A stretch of DNA of 60,962 nt, the filler included. It is 5 parts of 5 records of this genome, joined end to end, with 100 filler letters (N's around TTAATTAATTAA, not from the genome) between each part and the next. Parts side by side here need not be neighbours in the genome. Positions count along the whole stretch, not along the records: positions 38,503 to 55,466 come from DRR723986_6902; 4 more parts are not named here. One strand, 5' to 3'. The position numbers were made by a program, and so were the translations under genes. Positions 41,116 through 51,045 of this stretch are shown here, piece by piece. A model generated the notes under the pieces. It saw nothing but the letters and a program-made list of their open reading frames with translations. It was not told the DNA's origin and made no database searches. Every line of letters starts with the position of its first letter. Positions within the stretch are counted from its first letter, which is position 1.

Positions 41116-42975
41116 GTGCCAAATGATCAGCCCCCTCTGCACGGGCATGCATTGATACAAGACTATCTGAAAACCCTCGATGGATCACCCGGGGTGTATC
41201 GGATGCTGGATCAGCAAAGCCGCGTTTTATACGTGGGCAAGGCGCGTAACCTAAAGGCGCGGGTGTCAAACTATGCCCGCCCCAGTGGCCATTCGGGGCG
41301 CATCGCGCGGATGATCTCGGAAACCACGGCGATGATGTTTCTGACCACCCGCACAGAAACCGAAGCGCTGCTTCTGGAACAAAACCTGATCAAGCAATTA
41401 AAGCCGCGCTATAATGTGCTGCTGCGCGATGACAAATCTTTCCCCAATATTCTGGTCACCGATCACGCCTACCCGATGATCAAAAAGCATCGCGGCGCAA
41501 AAAAGGAAAAAGGCACCTATTTTGGCCCCTTCGCCAGCGCCGGCGCGGTCAATCGCACCTTGGCACAGCTGCAGCGGGTGTTTTTGCTGCGCAACTGCAC
41601 CGACAGCCAATTCGAGGGCCGCACCCGCCCCTGCCTGCAATATCAGATCAAACGCTGCACAGCCCCCTGCGTGGGCAAGATCAGCGCCGCCGACTATGGC
41701 CTCCAGGTGGCCGATGCCCAGCGCTATTTGTCGGGCAAATCCACCCAGATACAAGAAACCCTGGCAGCCCAAATGCAAGCGGCATCAGAGGCCATGGAAT
41801 TTGAACGCGCCGCCGCCCTGCGCGACCGCATTCGCGCCCTGACACAGGTGCAAACCACCCAAGGCATCAACCCCCACACCGTGACCGAGGCCGATATCGT
41901 GGCACTGCATATGGAGGGGGGGCAGGCCTGTGTGCAGGTGTTTTTCATCCGCGCCGGGCAAAACTGGGGCAACCGCGATTTTTACCCGCGCGCCGGCGCC
42001 GATATCGAGGCGCCCGAGGTGCTCGAGGCGTTTTTAGGCCAGTTCTACGACGACAAGGAACCGCCGCGCCAAATCTTGCTGTCGCACCCGATCGAGCATG
42101 GCGATCTGATGGAACAGGCGCTTGGCCAAAAGCTGGGGCGCAAAGTGGCGCTGCTGGTGCCGCAGCGGGGCGAAAAGGCCGAATTGGTCGATAGCGCGCT
42201 GCGCAATGCGCGCGAATCCCTGGCGCGCAAAATGGCCGAAAGCGCCACGCAAACCAAATTGCTGGCAGCCCTTGCACAGGCCTTTGCCCTGCCCGCGCCC
42301 CCCCAGCGGATCGAGGTGTATGACAACAGCCACATCCAAGGCGCCCATGCGGTGGGGGCCATGATCGTGGCCGGGCCCGAGGGCTTTGTGAAAAACGCCT
42401 ATCGCAAATTCAACATTCGCGGCGACGAGCTGACACCGGGCGATGATTTCGGCATGATGAAAGAGGTGCTGGGCCGGCGTTTCAAGCGATTGTTGAAAGA
42501 CGATCCAGATCGCAGCCTGGGCCTGTGGCCTGATCTGCTGTTGATCGATGGCGGCGCCGGGCAGGTTTCGGCCGTGGCGCATATTATGGCCGAATATGGC
42601 GTGCAAGATATCGCCATGGTGGGCGTGGCCAAGGGCATTGATCGCGATCATGGCAAGGAAGAATTCCACCGCCCGGGCCAGCGCCCCTTTGCGCTGCGCA
42701 TGAACGACCCGGTGTTGTATTTCATCCAGCGCCTGCGCGACGAGGCGCACCGCTTTGCCATTGGCACCCATCGCGCCAAACGGGCCAAGGCCGTGGGCGC
42801 CACCCCGCTCGACGAGGTGCCGGGCGTCGGTGCGGGGCGCAAACGCGCGCTTTTGGCGCATTTCGGCTCGGCCAAGGCGGTATCGCGGGCGGGATTGGCT
42901 GATTTGAAGGCGGTCGATGGCATATCAGACGCGCTTGCCGAAACAATCTACGCGTTTTTCCACGAAAAAGGCTAA
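41116..42975 (+). CDS. uvrC: Excinuclease ABC subunit C
   Basis: GIY-YIG (PGVYRM...[12 protein letters not shown]), [30 protein letters not shown]-terminal HhH; GTG start. Confidence 0.97.
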   Translation: MPNDQPPLHGHALIQDYLKTLDGSPGVYRMLDQQSRVLYVGKARNLKARVSNYARPSGHSGRIARMISETTAMMFLTTRTETEALLLEQNLIKQLKPRYNVLLRDDKSFPNILVTDHAYPMIKKHRGAKKEKGTYFGPFASAGAVNRTLAQLQRVFLLRNCTDSQFEGRTRPCLQYQIKRCTAPCVGKISAADYGLQVADAQRYLSGKSTQIQETLAAQMQAASEAMEFERAAALRDRIRALTQVQTTQGINPHTVTEADIVALHMEGGQACVQVFFIRAGQNWGNRDFYPRAGADIEAPEVLEAFLGQFYDDKEPPRQILLSHPIEHGDLMEQALGQKLGRKVALLVPQRGEKAELVDSALRNARESLARKMAESATQTKLLAALAQAFALPAPPQRIEVYDNSHIQGAHAVGAMIVAGPEGFVKNAYRKFNIRGDELTPGDDFGMMKEVLGRRFKRLLKDDPDRSLGLWPDLLLIDGGAGQVSAVAHIMAEYGVQDIAMVGVAKGIDRDHGKEEFHRPGQRPFALRMNDPVLYFIQRLRDEAHRFAIGTHRAKRAKAVGATPLDEVPGVGAGRKRALLAHFGSAKAVSRAGLADLKAVDGISDALAETIYAFFHEKG

Positions 42976-43640
42976 GGCGCCGGCGTATTGGGCGCGGCCA
43001 GATGCACCACAGGCCCGCCCGCCGCTGCGGCATCTTGCGGGTCATGTGTGACCATCACCACGGGCAAATGCGCCTGGCGCGCACGGCCAAAGACCACATC
43101 GCGCATCTGGCCGCGCAAATCGGCATCAAGGGCCGAAAACGGCTCGTCCAGCAGCAGCGCACGGGGGGCGGCCAGCAGCGTGCGCATCAGCGCCACGCGG
43201 GCCTTTTGCCCGCCAGACAAGGTGGCCGGGTCGCGCGGGCCAAACCCCGCCAGCCCGATATCGGCCAATGCCGCCTCGACCGCGCGGTGGCGCGCAGCAC
43301 CACGCACCTGCCGCGCCAAACCAAAGGCCAGGTTTTGCGCCACGCTCAGATGGGGAAAAAGCAATGGATCTTGGAACAACATGCCGATGCCGCGCGCCTC
43401 GGTTGGCAGGGCGCTTACGTCTTTGCCCCCCAGCATCACCTGCCCGCGCAGGCGAAATTCTGGGCCCAAAGCCCCGACAATTGCCGCCAGCAGGGTAGAT
43501 TTGCCCACCCCAGACGGCCCCATGACCGATACAATCTGCCCCGGCTGCACCTGCAGCGACTGGCGCAGCAAAACCCGCCCCCGCAGCGCCACCTCTAGCC
43601 CATTCAGCACCAGAGGTGCCGGGTTTGCGTTTTGTGCCAT
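42972..43640 (-). CDS. ynjD: ABC ATP-binding protein (YnjD-like)
   Basis: [34 protein letters not shown]. Start MAQNAN; the track's extension overlaps the permease. Confidence 0.85.
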   Translation of the reverse strand: MAQNANPAPLVLNGLEVALRGRVLLRQSLQVQPGQIVSVMGPSGVGKSTLLAAIVGALGPEFRLRGQVMLGGKDVSALPTEARGIGMLFQDPLLFPHLSVAQNLAFGLARQVRGAARHRAVEAALADIGLAGFGPRDPATLSGGQKARVALMRTLLAAPRALLLDEPFSALDADLRGQMRDVVFGRARQAHLPVVMVTHDPQDAAAAGGPVVHLAAPNTPAP

Positions 43641-43651
43641 CTCGCCCCTGC

Positions 43652-45421
43652 CTATCCTTGGCGCATGCCGCGCCGGTTGCGCCACCACAGCCCCGGCAAC
43701 AGCACTGCCACAGCAAAAGGGGCCAGCGCCAGCGCGGTCTGCAGCAAGGCCCACACCCCGATGGCGCGCCGGTCGCCGCCCGAGGCCAGCGCCACCGCCT
43801 CGGTGGTCAGGGTGCTGACACGGCCGCCCCCGATCATCAAACTGGGCAAATATTGCCCAACAGATACCGCCATGCCCACAGCCATGGCCGCCAAAACCGG
43901 CGCCAATAGCATCGGCAAGCGCAGGCGCCAAAACACCCGCGCCGGGCTGGCCCCCAGGGCCCGCCCCATCGTGCCCAGGCGCGCGTCCCAGGCGCGATAT
44001 GGTGCGCTGAGCACCAAGAAAACATAAGGAAACACAAACAAGATATGGGCCAGCGTTACCGCCAGCACCCCGCCCTGCACACCCGCCAGCAGCATCAGGG
44101 TTTGAACGCCCGGCAAAAACGCAATTTGCGGCACCAACAGTGGCAAATAAAGCAGCCACACCACGCCCGCCCCCATGGGCATGGCAAAACGCGCCTCGGC
44201 CTCGAGCCAGGTCAGGGCCAAAACCAGCGCCACCACGGTGGCCGCCACCGCGATAGCGCAGCTGCGCCACAGGCTATCCATGGCGGCGGGCACGTGCCGC
44301 TGCCATTGCCCCCAGCCCATCGTATCGGGCCACAGGTTGGGAAAGGACCACAACCCAGAAACCGACCATAGCGCCAGCACCATAAGGCCCAGCACCACAC
44401 AGCCCAGCACCGCCATGGCGCCCCCCAGCACCAGCGCCGCGCCCACAGGCCCGGGCCCACGCCTGTGGCCAGCCCAAGCCCATCGCCGGCCAAACCTGGC
44501 CACACCGCGCTCGGCCAGCAGCCACAAGGCTATGGCCAGCCCCACCAGCACCAGCTGCACCACAGCGCCCGCCGCCCCCAGCATCCGCAGGCTAAGATCT
44601 GGGTCATTCATCCAACGGGTGATCTGCACCGCCAGCACCGGCGGCGTGCTGGGCCCCAAAATCAGCGCCACATCCACAACCGTCATGGAAAAAGCCAACA
44701 CCACCAGCACCGGCAGGCGGATTTGCCGGTAGACCAGCGGGAAAACCGCCAAAACCCAGGCAATGGGCCGGGCATAGCCCAAACTGCGTGCCATCAGCAT
44801 GGCGCGGCTGGCATCAGATTGGCCCAAGGCGGCCAGCACCATCAGCAGCAGGAAAGGCACCTCTTTCACCACCAGCCCTGCAATCAGCGCCCAACCGCCC
44901 GGGTCTTGCACAATCAGCAAATCAGGCGGGCGCTGCCACCCCGTGGCCCAGGGCGAAAGCAGCCGCACCCCCCACCCCGAGGGGGCAATCAAAAACACCA
45001 GCCCAAAGGCCACAGCCGCATGCGGCACCGCCAAAAGCGGCGCCAAAGCGTGGCGAAACAGCCCAAAACTGCGGCTGCCCTGCCAAATGGCCACCAAGCC
45101 CACCACCAACAGCAGGGATAGCGCTGTAGATACCAGCCCCACCTTCAAACTTAGCCACAGCGCGGGCCAAAACCCAGCCCAAGCCAAAAGATCGGCAAAT
45201 ATCGCCAAGCCCGGCTGGGCCTGGCCAAAGACAGCCATCAGCCCAAAGGCAGGCGCCAATGTGCCCAAAAGCCCGGCAAAGACCGGCAGCGCCAGCGCCG
45301 CCAAAACCACGCCGGGCGCCCGCCGCAAACCCCAGGCCGCCAGGCCCCGTGGCCGCGGCCAGGCTGTGCTGGGGCTGGCTGGGCTGGGGCTGGCTGGGCT
45401 GGGGCTATTTTCCGCCGCCAA
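43652..45421 (-). CDS. ynjC: ABC permease with two fused TM domains (YnjC-like)
   Basis: LAVPHAAVAFG, KEVPFLL, VVDVALILGPSTPPVLAV, QYLPSL..GGGRV.TLTTEAVALASG. Confidence 0.85.
   Translation of the reverse strand: MAAENSPSPASPSPASPSTAWPRPRGLAAWGLRRAPGVVLAALALPVFAGLLGTLAPAFGLMAVFGQAQPGLAIFADLLAWAGFWPALWLSLKVGLVSTALSLLLVVGLVAIWQGSRSFGLFRHALAPLLAVPHAAVAFGLVFLIAPSGWGVRLLSPWATGWQRPPDLLIVQDPGGWALIAGLVVKEVPFLLLMVLAALGQSDASRAMLMARSLGYARPIAWVLAVFPLVYRQIRLPVLVVLAFSMTVVDVALILGPSTPPVLAVQITRWMNDPDLSLRMLGAAGAVVQLVLVGLAIALWLLAERGVARFGRRWAWAGHRRGPGPVGAALVLGGAMAVLGCVVLGLMVLALWSVSGLWSFPNLWPDTMGWGQWQRHVPAAMDSLWRSCAIAVAATVVALVLALTWLEAEARFAMPMGAGVVWLLYLPLLVPQIAFLPGVQTLMLLAGVQGGVLAVTLAHILFVFPYVFLVLSAPYRAWDARLGTMGRALGASPARVFWRLRLPMLLAPVLAAMAVGMAVSVGQYLPSLMIGGGRVSTLTTEAVALASGGDRRAIGVWALLQTALALAPFAVAVLLPGLWWRNRRGMRQG
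45368..45406. repeat. 15-bp tandem repeat (2.6 copies) encoding SPSPA in the YnjC N-terminus
   Basis: GCTGGGGCTGGCTGG twice plus GCTGGGGCT. Confidence 0.85.
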
Positions 45422-46619
45422 AGCGCGCGATCCAATCCGCCTCGATCTGCACCATCCAGCTGGGGTGCGGCTCGGGCAGGGCGGCGCCTAACTGATCGGG
45501 GGCAAGCGTGGCAATGCCCAGATCGATCTGATCAAACAGCGCGCGATCCCCGGGCGACAGGCGCGCCATATCCAGCACCGTGCCATAGCCCAGATAGGCC
45601 GGATCCAGCGCCCGCGCTTGGGCCTGCGGTGACAGCAGCAAATTGGCCACCACCATGGCCCCGGCCTTGGCGCTGGCGTTAAAGGGAATGGCCACGAACG
45701 AGGCATTGCCGATGCTGCCGCCGCTGGGCACGAAGGTGCGCACGCTGGCGGGCAATTGGCCATTTGCGATGGCGGCAGAGGCCTCGCCCGGGCTAAAGGA
45801 GATCGCCAGCGCCACCTCGTCATCGGCCAAAAGCTGAATTTGCCGCGTGCCGGTTTCGGGATAGGCCCGGCCCTGGCGCCACAAATGCGGGGTCAGCGCC
45901 TCGATATAGGCCCAAAGCGGCGCTGTGACGGCGACATAATCGGCCTGATCCACCGGCGCCAATAGCACCGAAGGGTCATCCACCACCTCGTAGAGCACCT
46001 GTTTCAAAAAGGTCGTGCCCAGAAAATCGGGCGGTTGCGGATAGGTAAAGCGCCCCGGGTTGGCGCGCGCCCATTCAAGCAGCGCGCGCATATCGGCAAG
46101 CGGCGCCATATCTGCGCTGTCATACATAAACACCACCTGGGCTGTGGCCCATGGGCTTTCCATGCCATCGGTGGGCACGGTAAAATCGGCCTGCACCGGC
46201 TTGCCTGCAACATCGACCAGCTGCCAGTTTGGCAGATCTTCGGCAAAGGGGCCAAAAAGCAAACCGGCCTCTTTCATCGCGGCAAAATTTGGCCCGTTGA
46301 TCCAGATCAGATCAACCGCGCCACCGCTGGTCAGGCCTGCCTGCTGCTCGGCCAGCACCCGCGCGACTGCATCGGCGGTGTTGGACAGTTTCACATGGGT
46401 CAATGTCACGCCATAGTCTTCGGCCGCGCGCTGGCCGATCCAGGCGATAAACTCGTTGGTGGTGGTCGAGCCACCCCAAGCGTTCCAATAGACCGTCTGG
46501 CCCTTTGCCTCGGCCAGAACGGCGGGCCAATCGGCGGGGTTGGGCTGGGGTGTTTCCGCCTGCAGGGGCGCCACGAAAAGCCCTGCGGCCAGGGCAAGGC
46601 CCGTCAGATGTTTCAACAT
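45405..46619 (-). CDS. ynjB: ABC substrate-binding protein (YnjB-like)
   Basis: Signal peptide, GQTVYWNAWGG, DLIWINGPNF, RFTYPQPPDFLGTTFLKQ, EPHPSW. Confidence 0.85.
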   Translation of the reverse strand: MLKHLTGLALAAGLFVAPLQAETPQPNPADWPAVLAEAKGQTVYWNAWGGSTTTNEFIAWIGQRAAEDYGVTLTHVKLSNTADAVARVLAEQQAGLTSGGAVDLIWINGPNFAAMKEAGLLFGPFAEDLPNWQLVDVAGKPVQADFTVPTDGMESPWATAQVVFMYDSADMAPLADMRALLEWARANPGRFTYPQPPDFLGTTFLKQVLYEVVDDPSVLLAPVDQADYVAVTAPLWAYIEALTPHLWRQGRAYPETGTRQIQLLADDEVALAISFSPGEASAAIANGQLPASVRTFVPSGGSIGNASFVAIPFNASAKAGAMVVANLLLSPQAQARALDPAYLGYGTVLDMARLSPGDRALFDQIDLGIATLAPDQLGAALPEPHPSWMVQIEADWIARFGGGK

Positions 46620-46625
46620 AAGCAA

Positions 46626-47255
46626 CTACTCCTTTGTTGCGGGCTGCGCCCCGCCAAATACCCGCTGCGCCAACACAACGCGCGACAGGGCCGTGATCAG
46701 ACATAGCCCACCAAAGCCCCAAGACAGGGGCGCAAAATAGGCAGGCCACAGGCAAAGCGCCACGAAAAAGGCAATGGTTTCGGCCCCTTCCAGCAAGCCG
46801 CCCGTAAAATACAGCGATTTCACCCCGCGCGCATCGCTGCGCATTGCGCGCTTTTCCGCCAAAATGGCAAAGCCCAGAAACGTGGCGCCATTGATATAAA
46901 AGCTAAACAGCAAAAACGCCCCCGCCAGCCCATTGGCGCCCGGGTTGGCCAGCACAAAGCCCAAGGGCAGCGCGCCGTAAAAGATAAAATCGCAGATGAT
47001 ATCCAGATAGCCGCCGAAATCGGTTTTGCCACGGGCCCGCGCGATGGCACCATCCAGCCCATCGGCCAAACGCCCCAACAAAAGCGGCACCAGCGCCCAA
47101 TGCGGCGCGCCCAAACCCACCAGCAGCGCAGCCCCCAGCCCCAGCCCCAGCCCCAACAGCGTCACCGCATTGGCCGTGACACCGCGCGCGGCCAAAAACC
47201 GGCCTTGGCGGTTCAAAACGGGGTCAATCAAAGGGCGCAGCTGGGCGTCAAACAT
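46626..47255 (-). CDS. CDP-alcohol phosphatidyltransferase family protein (YnjF-like)
   Basis: DGAIAR-x7-G-x3-D-x3-D signature; KSLYFTGGLLEGAET is typical of the YnjF-like group. Confidence 0.85.
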   Translation of the reverse strand: MFDAQLRPLIDPVLNRQGRFLAARGVTANAVTLLGLGLGLGAALLVGLGAPHWALVPLLLGRLADGLDGAIARARGKTDFGGYLDIICDFIFYGALPLGFVLANPGANGLAGAFLLFSFYINGATFLGFAILAEKRAMRSDARGVKSLYFTGGLLEGAETIAFFVALCLWPAYFAPLSWGFGGLCLITALSRVVLAQRVFGGAQPATKE

Positions 47256-47317
47256 GGTAACAGTTTGACCTGTTAGATCAGGAAAAGCCATTGCCAAAAG
47301 CGTGATGTCGCCCGGCG

Positions 47318-48271
47318 TTAGCGATTAAAGCTCATGGGCAGGTCAAAGGTGAACAGCCCCGTGCCCAGCCCTTTGGGGGCGCGGGGCAGCCGCGCTTGGG
47401 TGACAGCGTTCAGCGCCGCCTGGTCTAACGCCCGGTCGCCAGACGAGCGGCGCACGCTGACGCTGTGCAACGCCCCCGCCGCATCAAGGCGCAGCCGTAA
47501 TATCACCTTGCCCGCGGCCCGCGTGCCCGCTGGATAGCGCTTTTTGCGCTCGATCTTTGCGCGCACTTGCCCGCCCCATTGGGCCATCAACCTTTGGCTT
47601 GCGGCGCGCCCTGCGCCAGTTTGCTGCGCCCGGTCCTGCGATTGGCCGGCCTCGGCGGCAGGGCCCGCGCCCTTGGCGGTTTGCGCCGCACGCGGGGCCG
47701 AGGCGGCGGGCGGTTGCGGCTGTGGTTGCGGCTGTGTGGGTGGCGCATCGGCCCGGGCCTGTGGCTGCGCCAAGGCGGGGCGCATCTGTGGGCGTGTGGG
47801 CGCGGGCGTGATCGCAGGCATAAGCGCTGTGGGCGCCGTGGCTGTGTTGGCGGTGCTGGGCGCGGGTGTTTCCGGGCTGCGGGGCAGCGGGGGGGCAGGC
47901 AAATCGGGGGCGATGGGCGGCTGCACATCCGCCATCGGGGCCTGCGGCGCGGCATGGGGCTGCGCCAAGGGCGCAGGCTGTGCTGCTGCTTGCGGTGGCG
48001 CCTGCAAGACCGGCAGATCAGGCGCCGGCATGGTATCGGGACCTGGCAGCGCCGGCGGGGCTGTCACAGGGGCCAGCTGGCTCAGGCTGGGCGGGCGTGT
48101 CCAGCTGTCAACCAGCTGCCCCATATTGGCGGGCATCGCCGCCAATGTCAGCGCGTCTTGGCCGCCCTCGCCGCCGCTGGGCAGCCCCATGCCACCGGGC
48201 TGTGACAAGACCAGCACATGCGCCCCCACCGACACCCCCACAAACACTGCATATTCCAGCAATATCTTCAT
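47318..48271 (-). CDS. tonB: TonB energy transducer
   Basis: TM helix with SxxxH (SVGAH), Pro-rich linker, C-terminal YP...SSGDRALDQAAL. Confidence 0.88.
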   Translation of the reverse strand: MKILLEYAVFVGVSVGAHVLVLSQPGGMGLPSGGEGGQDALTLAAMPANMGQLVDSWTRPPSLSQLAPVTAPPALPGPDTMPAPDLPVLQAPPQAAAQPAPLAQPHAAPQAPMADVQPPIAPDLPAPPLPRSPETPAPSTANTATAPTALMPAITPAPTRPQMRPALAQPQARADAPPTQPQPQPQPPAASAPRAAQTAKGAGPAAEAGQSQDRAQQTGAGRAASQRLMAQWGGQVRAKIERKKRYPAGTRAAGKVILRLRLDAAGALHSVSVRRSSGDRALDQAALNAVTQARLPRAPKGLGTGLFTFDLPMSFNR

Positions 48272-48648
48272 GGCTGCACCACCAATTCTACCTGCGCAAA
48301 CCCCAAGCCCGCCAGCCGCGCCATCACCCCTGCCAGTGCCGTGCCCGCCAATGCCTGATCGCAGCGCAGGCTGATGGCCGTGTCGCGCGGCAGCGCCGCT
48401 ATGGCCTGCCACAGATCTGCGCCCGCGCGCGGCCCGGCCAGGGCCAACTGCCCGTCGGCGCCCAGAAACAGCACCGCCTGGCCCACAGGCGGGGCATCAG
48501 ATTGCGCCACCGGCAGCCGGGTTTCAAACGGATCGGGGGGCGAGATCTGCGCCGAGATCAGGAAAAAGATCAGCAGCAAGAACACCACGTTGATCATCGG
48601 AACAACGCTTTCGGGTGGGCTGCGGCGTGGCGGGCTGGCAAAGCGCAT
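48268..48648 (-). CDS. exbD: ExbD/TolR family protein
   Basis: VVPMINVVFLLLIFFLI (Asn at the usual TM Asp position). Confidence 0.88.
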   Translation of the reverse strand: MRFASPPRRSPPESVVPMINVVFLLLIFFLISAQISPPDPFETRLPVAQSDAPPVGQAVLFLGADGQLALAGPRAGADLWQAIAALPRDTAISLRCDQALAGTALAGVMARLAGLGFAQVELVVQP

Positions 48649-48651
48649 GGG

Positions 48652-49029
48652 CTATTCCACCACAGTCAGGCGGGCAAAACCCGCGCGGCGCAAAACATCT
48701 GCCACATCCAGCAGCCGCTGCACATCGGCCGTGCCACGCGGGCGCAACACAATCATGTCATCGCGCGATTGGGTCAAAGGGCGCAGCGCTTGGGCCAGGG
48801 CCGCCAACGCCACGGGCTGGCCGTTCAACGCCACCCCATCGGGGGCCACATCCACCAGCCGCGGCGGCCCGCTATAGCCCGCAGCCCCCCCCGCCATGGT
48901 GATCGGCACCGCCTGATCAATGCCAAAGCGCGCCGCCAGCATGAAAAAGATCAGCAGCAAAAACACCACGTCGATCATGGGCGTCAGGCTGGGGCGCCGG
49001 CGTGGGCGTGGGGCGGCAAAGCTAAACAT
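48652..49029 (-). CDS. exbD: ExbD/TolR family protein
   Basis: LTPMIDVVFLLLIFFML with the conserved TM Asp. Confidence 0.9.
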   Translation of the reverse strand: MFSFAAPRPRRRPSLTPMIDVVFLLLIFFMLAARFGIDQAVPITMAGGAAGYSGPPRLVDVAPDGVALNGQPVALAALAQALRPLTQSRDDMIVLRPRGTADVQRLLDVADVLRRAGFARLTVVE

Positions 49030-49646
49030 TACCCCCCCACGCCCGCGGCCACGAACAGGCGGGTGGCCATATCTTCCAGATCGGCCTGCACCCGCTCGGC
49101 CAGCCCCTCGAAGGCAGACAGCGCCACCGCTGCGGGAATGGCCACCGCCATGCCTGCGGCTGTGGTCAGCAATGCCTCCCAGATGCCACCCGCCAATACC
49201 GACGGATCGGCACGCGCGCCGCTATCTTGCAGGGCCTGAAACGCCTCGATCATCCCCAAGACCGTGCCCAACAGCCCCACCAGCGGGGCGATGGTCACGA
49301 TCAGCTCGAGCGGGCGCAACCCTGTGCGCAAAAGCGCCAGCTCGCGCAGGGCAAGGCGGGTGACTTCCTCGCGCTTGGCCTGTGTGGGCAGGGGGCCATC
49401 GATCACCGCCATGGCCGCGCAGACAAACCGCAACCGCAAGCTGCGCGCCAAAGGCAGCTGCACCGCTTGGCCCGCCACGCGCGATTGCACCAAAATCTCG
49501 GCCCGGCCCCGCGCCCAAACACCCGCCAAGCTGAGGCGCCATAATTTCCACGCAATCAGCGCCAGCGTGAAAACCGACAAGCCAGCAATCACCCACAGCG
49601 CCGGCCCCCCCAGATCAAGAAAGCCCGTGATTTGCCCGCGATCCAT
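49029..49646 (-). CDS. exbB: MotA/TolQ/ExbB proton channel
   Basis: APLVGLLGTVLGMIEAF, LAGGIWEALLTTAAGMAVAIPA. Confidence 0.9.
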   Translation of the reverse strand: MDRGQITGFLDLGGPALWVIAGLSVFTLALIAWKLWRLSLAGVWARGRAEILVQSRVAGQAVQLPLARSLRLRFVCAAMAVIDGPLPTQAKREEVTRLALRELALLRTGLRPLELIVTIAPLVGLLGTVLGMIEAFQALQDSGARADPSVLAGGIWEALLTTAAGMAVAIPAAVALSAFEGLAERVQADLEDMATRLFVAAGVGG

Positions 49647-50299
49647 TATCCTGCTGTCCTTCTGACATGGTCCATCCAATACTGCCCACCGCGCGCCGTG
49701 GCCGCATAAACGGCCTGCCCTGCCGCATGGCCAATCGCGGTATGCATGCCGGCAAAACGCGCCTGCCCCGCTGGTGCTGCAACGGCAATGCAATCTGTGC
49801 CCGTGCCCGTGGCAAGCCCGGTGGGCAGCTGGCAGCCCAGTTCCGCCACAGCCACGGTGCGCGCCTGCGCCACCAGGGCCAAAGTTTCGATCAGCGCGGC
49901 CTGGGTCAGGCCCACAGACAGGCGCAGCGCCACGTTGATGGTGCCAAATTGCGCCGGGTCATAGGCCACGCGGGCACCGATACGTTCGGCATTCGACAGC
50001 CCGATTGTCACCACCGCTGTCGCTGTCACATCCTCGACCGTGGCATGGGCCACCTCGAAGGCGCTGACATCACGCGAGGTTAGAAAACAGGGGGCATCGG
50101 TGGCGCCATAGGCCTGCAACTGGCCTTGCAACCATGGGTCCACATCCATGCCCGGGGGCAGATCGGCATTGCGCACCTCGCGCCACAAGATCCGCCGTGC
50201 CGTGCAAAAACCCGGTGTGTTTAAGGCGAAACTGAGCACCTGCATCGGTGCGCCCAGATCAAATTCCAGCCAGGGGCGGGCCAACGTAACAGCCATCAC
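49646..50299 (-). CDS. cbiZ: Adenosylcobinamide amidohydrolase CbiZ
   Basis: FLTSR, TIGLSNA, GTINVA, ATGTGTDCIAVA, FAGMHT; located inside a B12-riboswitch operon. Confidence 0.85.
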   Translation of the reverse strand: MMAVTLARPWLEFDLGAPMQVLSFALNTPGFCTARRILWREVRNADLPPGMDVDPWLQGQLQAYGATDAPCFLTSRDVSAFEVAHATVEDVTATAVVTIGLSNAERIGARVAYDPAQFGTINVALRLSVGLTQAALIETLALVAQARTVAVAELGCQLPTGLATGTGTDCIAVAAPAGQARFAGMHTAIGHAAGQAVYAATARGGQYWMDHVRRTAG

Positions 50300-51045
50300 A
50301 GCACCTCGAGGGGTTGGAAAATATGGCCCTGCGGTGTTTGTGCCTGATAGGCGGTAATGCCAAAGACGCGCGCCACCAATTCAGGTGTCAGCACCTTGGA
50401 CGGGGGGCCATCGGCCTGAATGCCGCCCTGCCCCAACACCACCAGCCGCGCACAATGGCGCGCAGCCAGCCCCAGATCGTGCAGCGAAACCAGCACCGCC
50501 CGGCCATCGGCGGCCAGGCGTCGAAACATCTGCATCGTGGCGATTTGATGCGCCGGATCCAGCCCTGCAATCGGCTCGTCTGCCATCAACAGATCAGTCT
50601 CTTGCGCCAGGGCGCGCGCAATCAGGGCGCGGGCCTGCTCGCCGCCAGACAGGCGCGTCACCGTGCGGCTGCGCATGGCTGCAAGGCCCATGTGATCAAG
50701 CGCGCGCTCGACCGCGGCATGATCTGCAGCCGACAGGCGCGCCGCCTGGTGTGGCATGCGACCCAGGCGCACCAAAGCCTCGATGCTGACGGGCCATGCA
50801 ATCTCGCGCGATTGCGGCATCCACGCCACCGCCCGCGCCCGTGCCATAGGCGCCATACCCGCAAGCGAGCTATGCCCGCCATGCGCCACCAACCCCAGGG
50901 CCGCGCGCATCAGCGTGGTTTTGCCCGCACCATTGGGCCCGATCAGGCCTACCATCTCGCCTTTTTGCAGCGATAGCGTGACATCGCGGAAAATATCGCG
51001 CCCGCGCAAAGACACCGACAGGTTTTGCAGCTCTAGCACGCTCAT
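50296..51045 (-). CDS. btuD: Cobalamin ABC transporter ATP-binding protein
   Basis: GPNGAGKT, LSGGE, ADEP, LHDL; operon context. Confidence 0.85.
   Translation of the reverse strand: MSVLELQNLSVSLRGRDIFRDVTLSLQKGEMVGLIGPNGAGKTTLMRAALGLVAHGGHSSLAGMAPMARARAVAWMPQSREIAWPVSIEALVRLGRMPHQAARLSAADHAAVERALDHMGLAAMRSRTVTRLSGGEQARALIARALAQETDLLMADEPIAGLDPAHQIATMQMFRRLAADGRAVLVSLHDLGLAARHCARLVVLGQGGIQADGPPSKVLTPELVARVFGITAYQAQTPQGHIFQPLEVL

Noticed and set aside
46626-47255. pgsA, which often follows uvrC
   Set aside because: It is on the opposite strand, 3.6 kb away, heads the ynjBCD-like genes and has YnjF-like motifs
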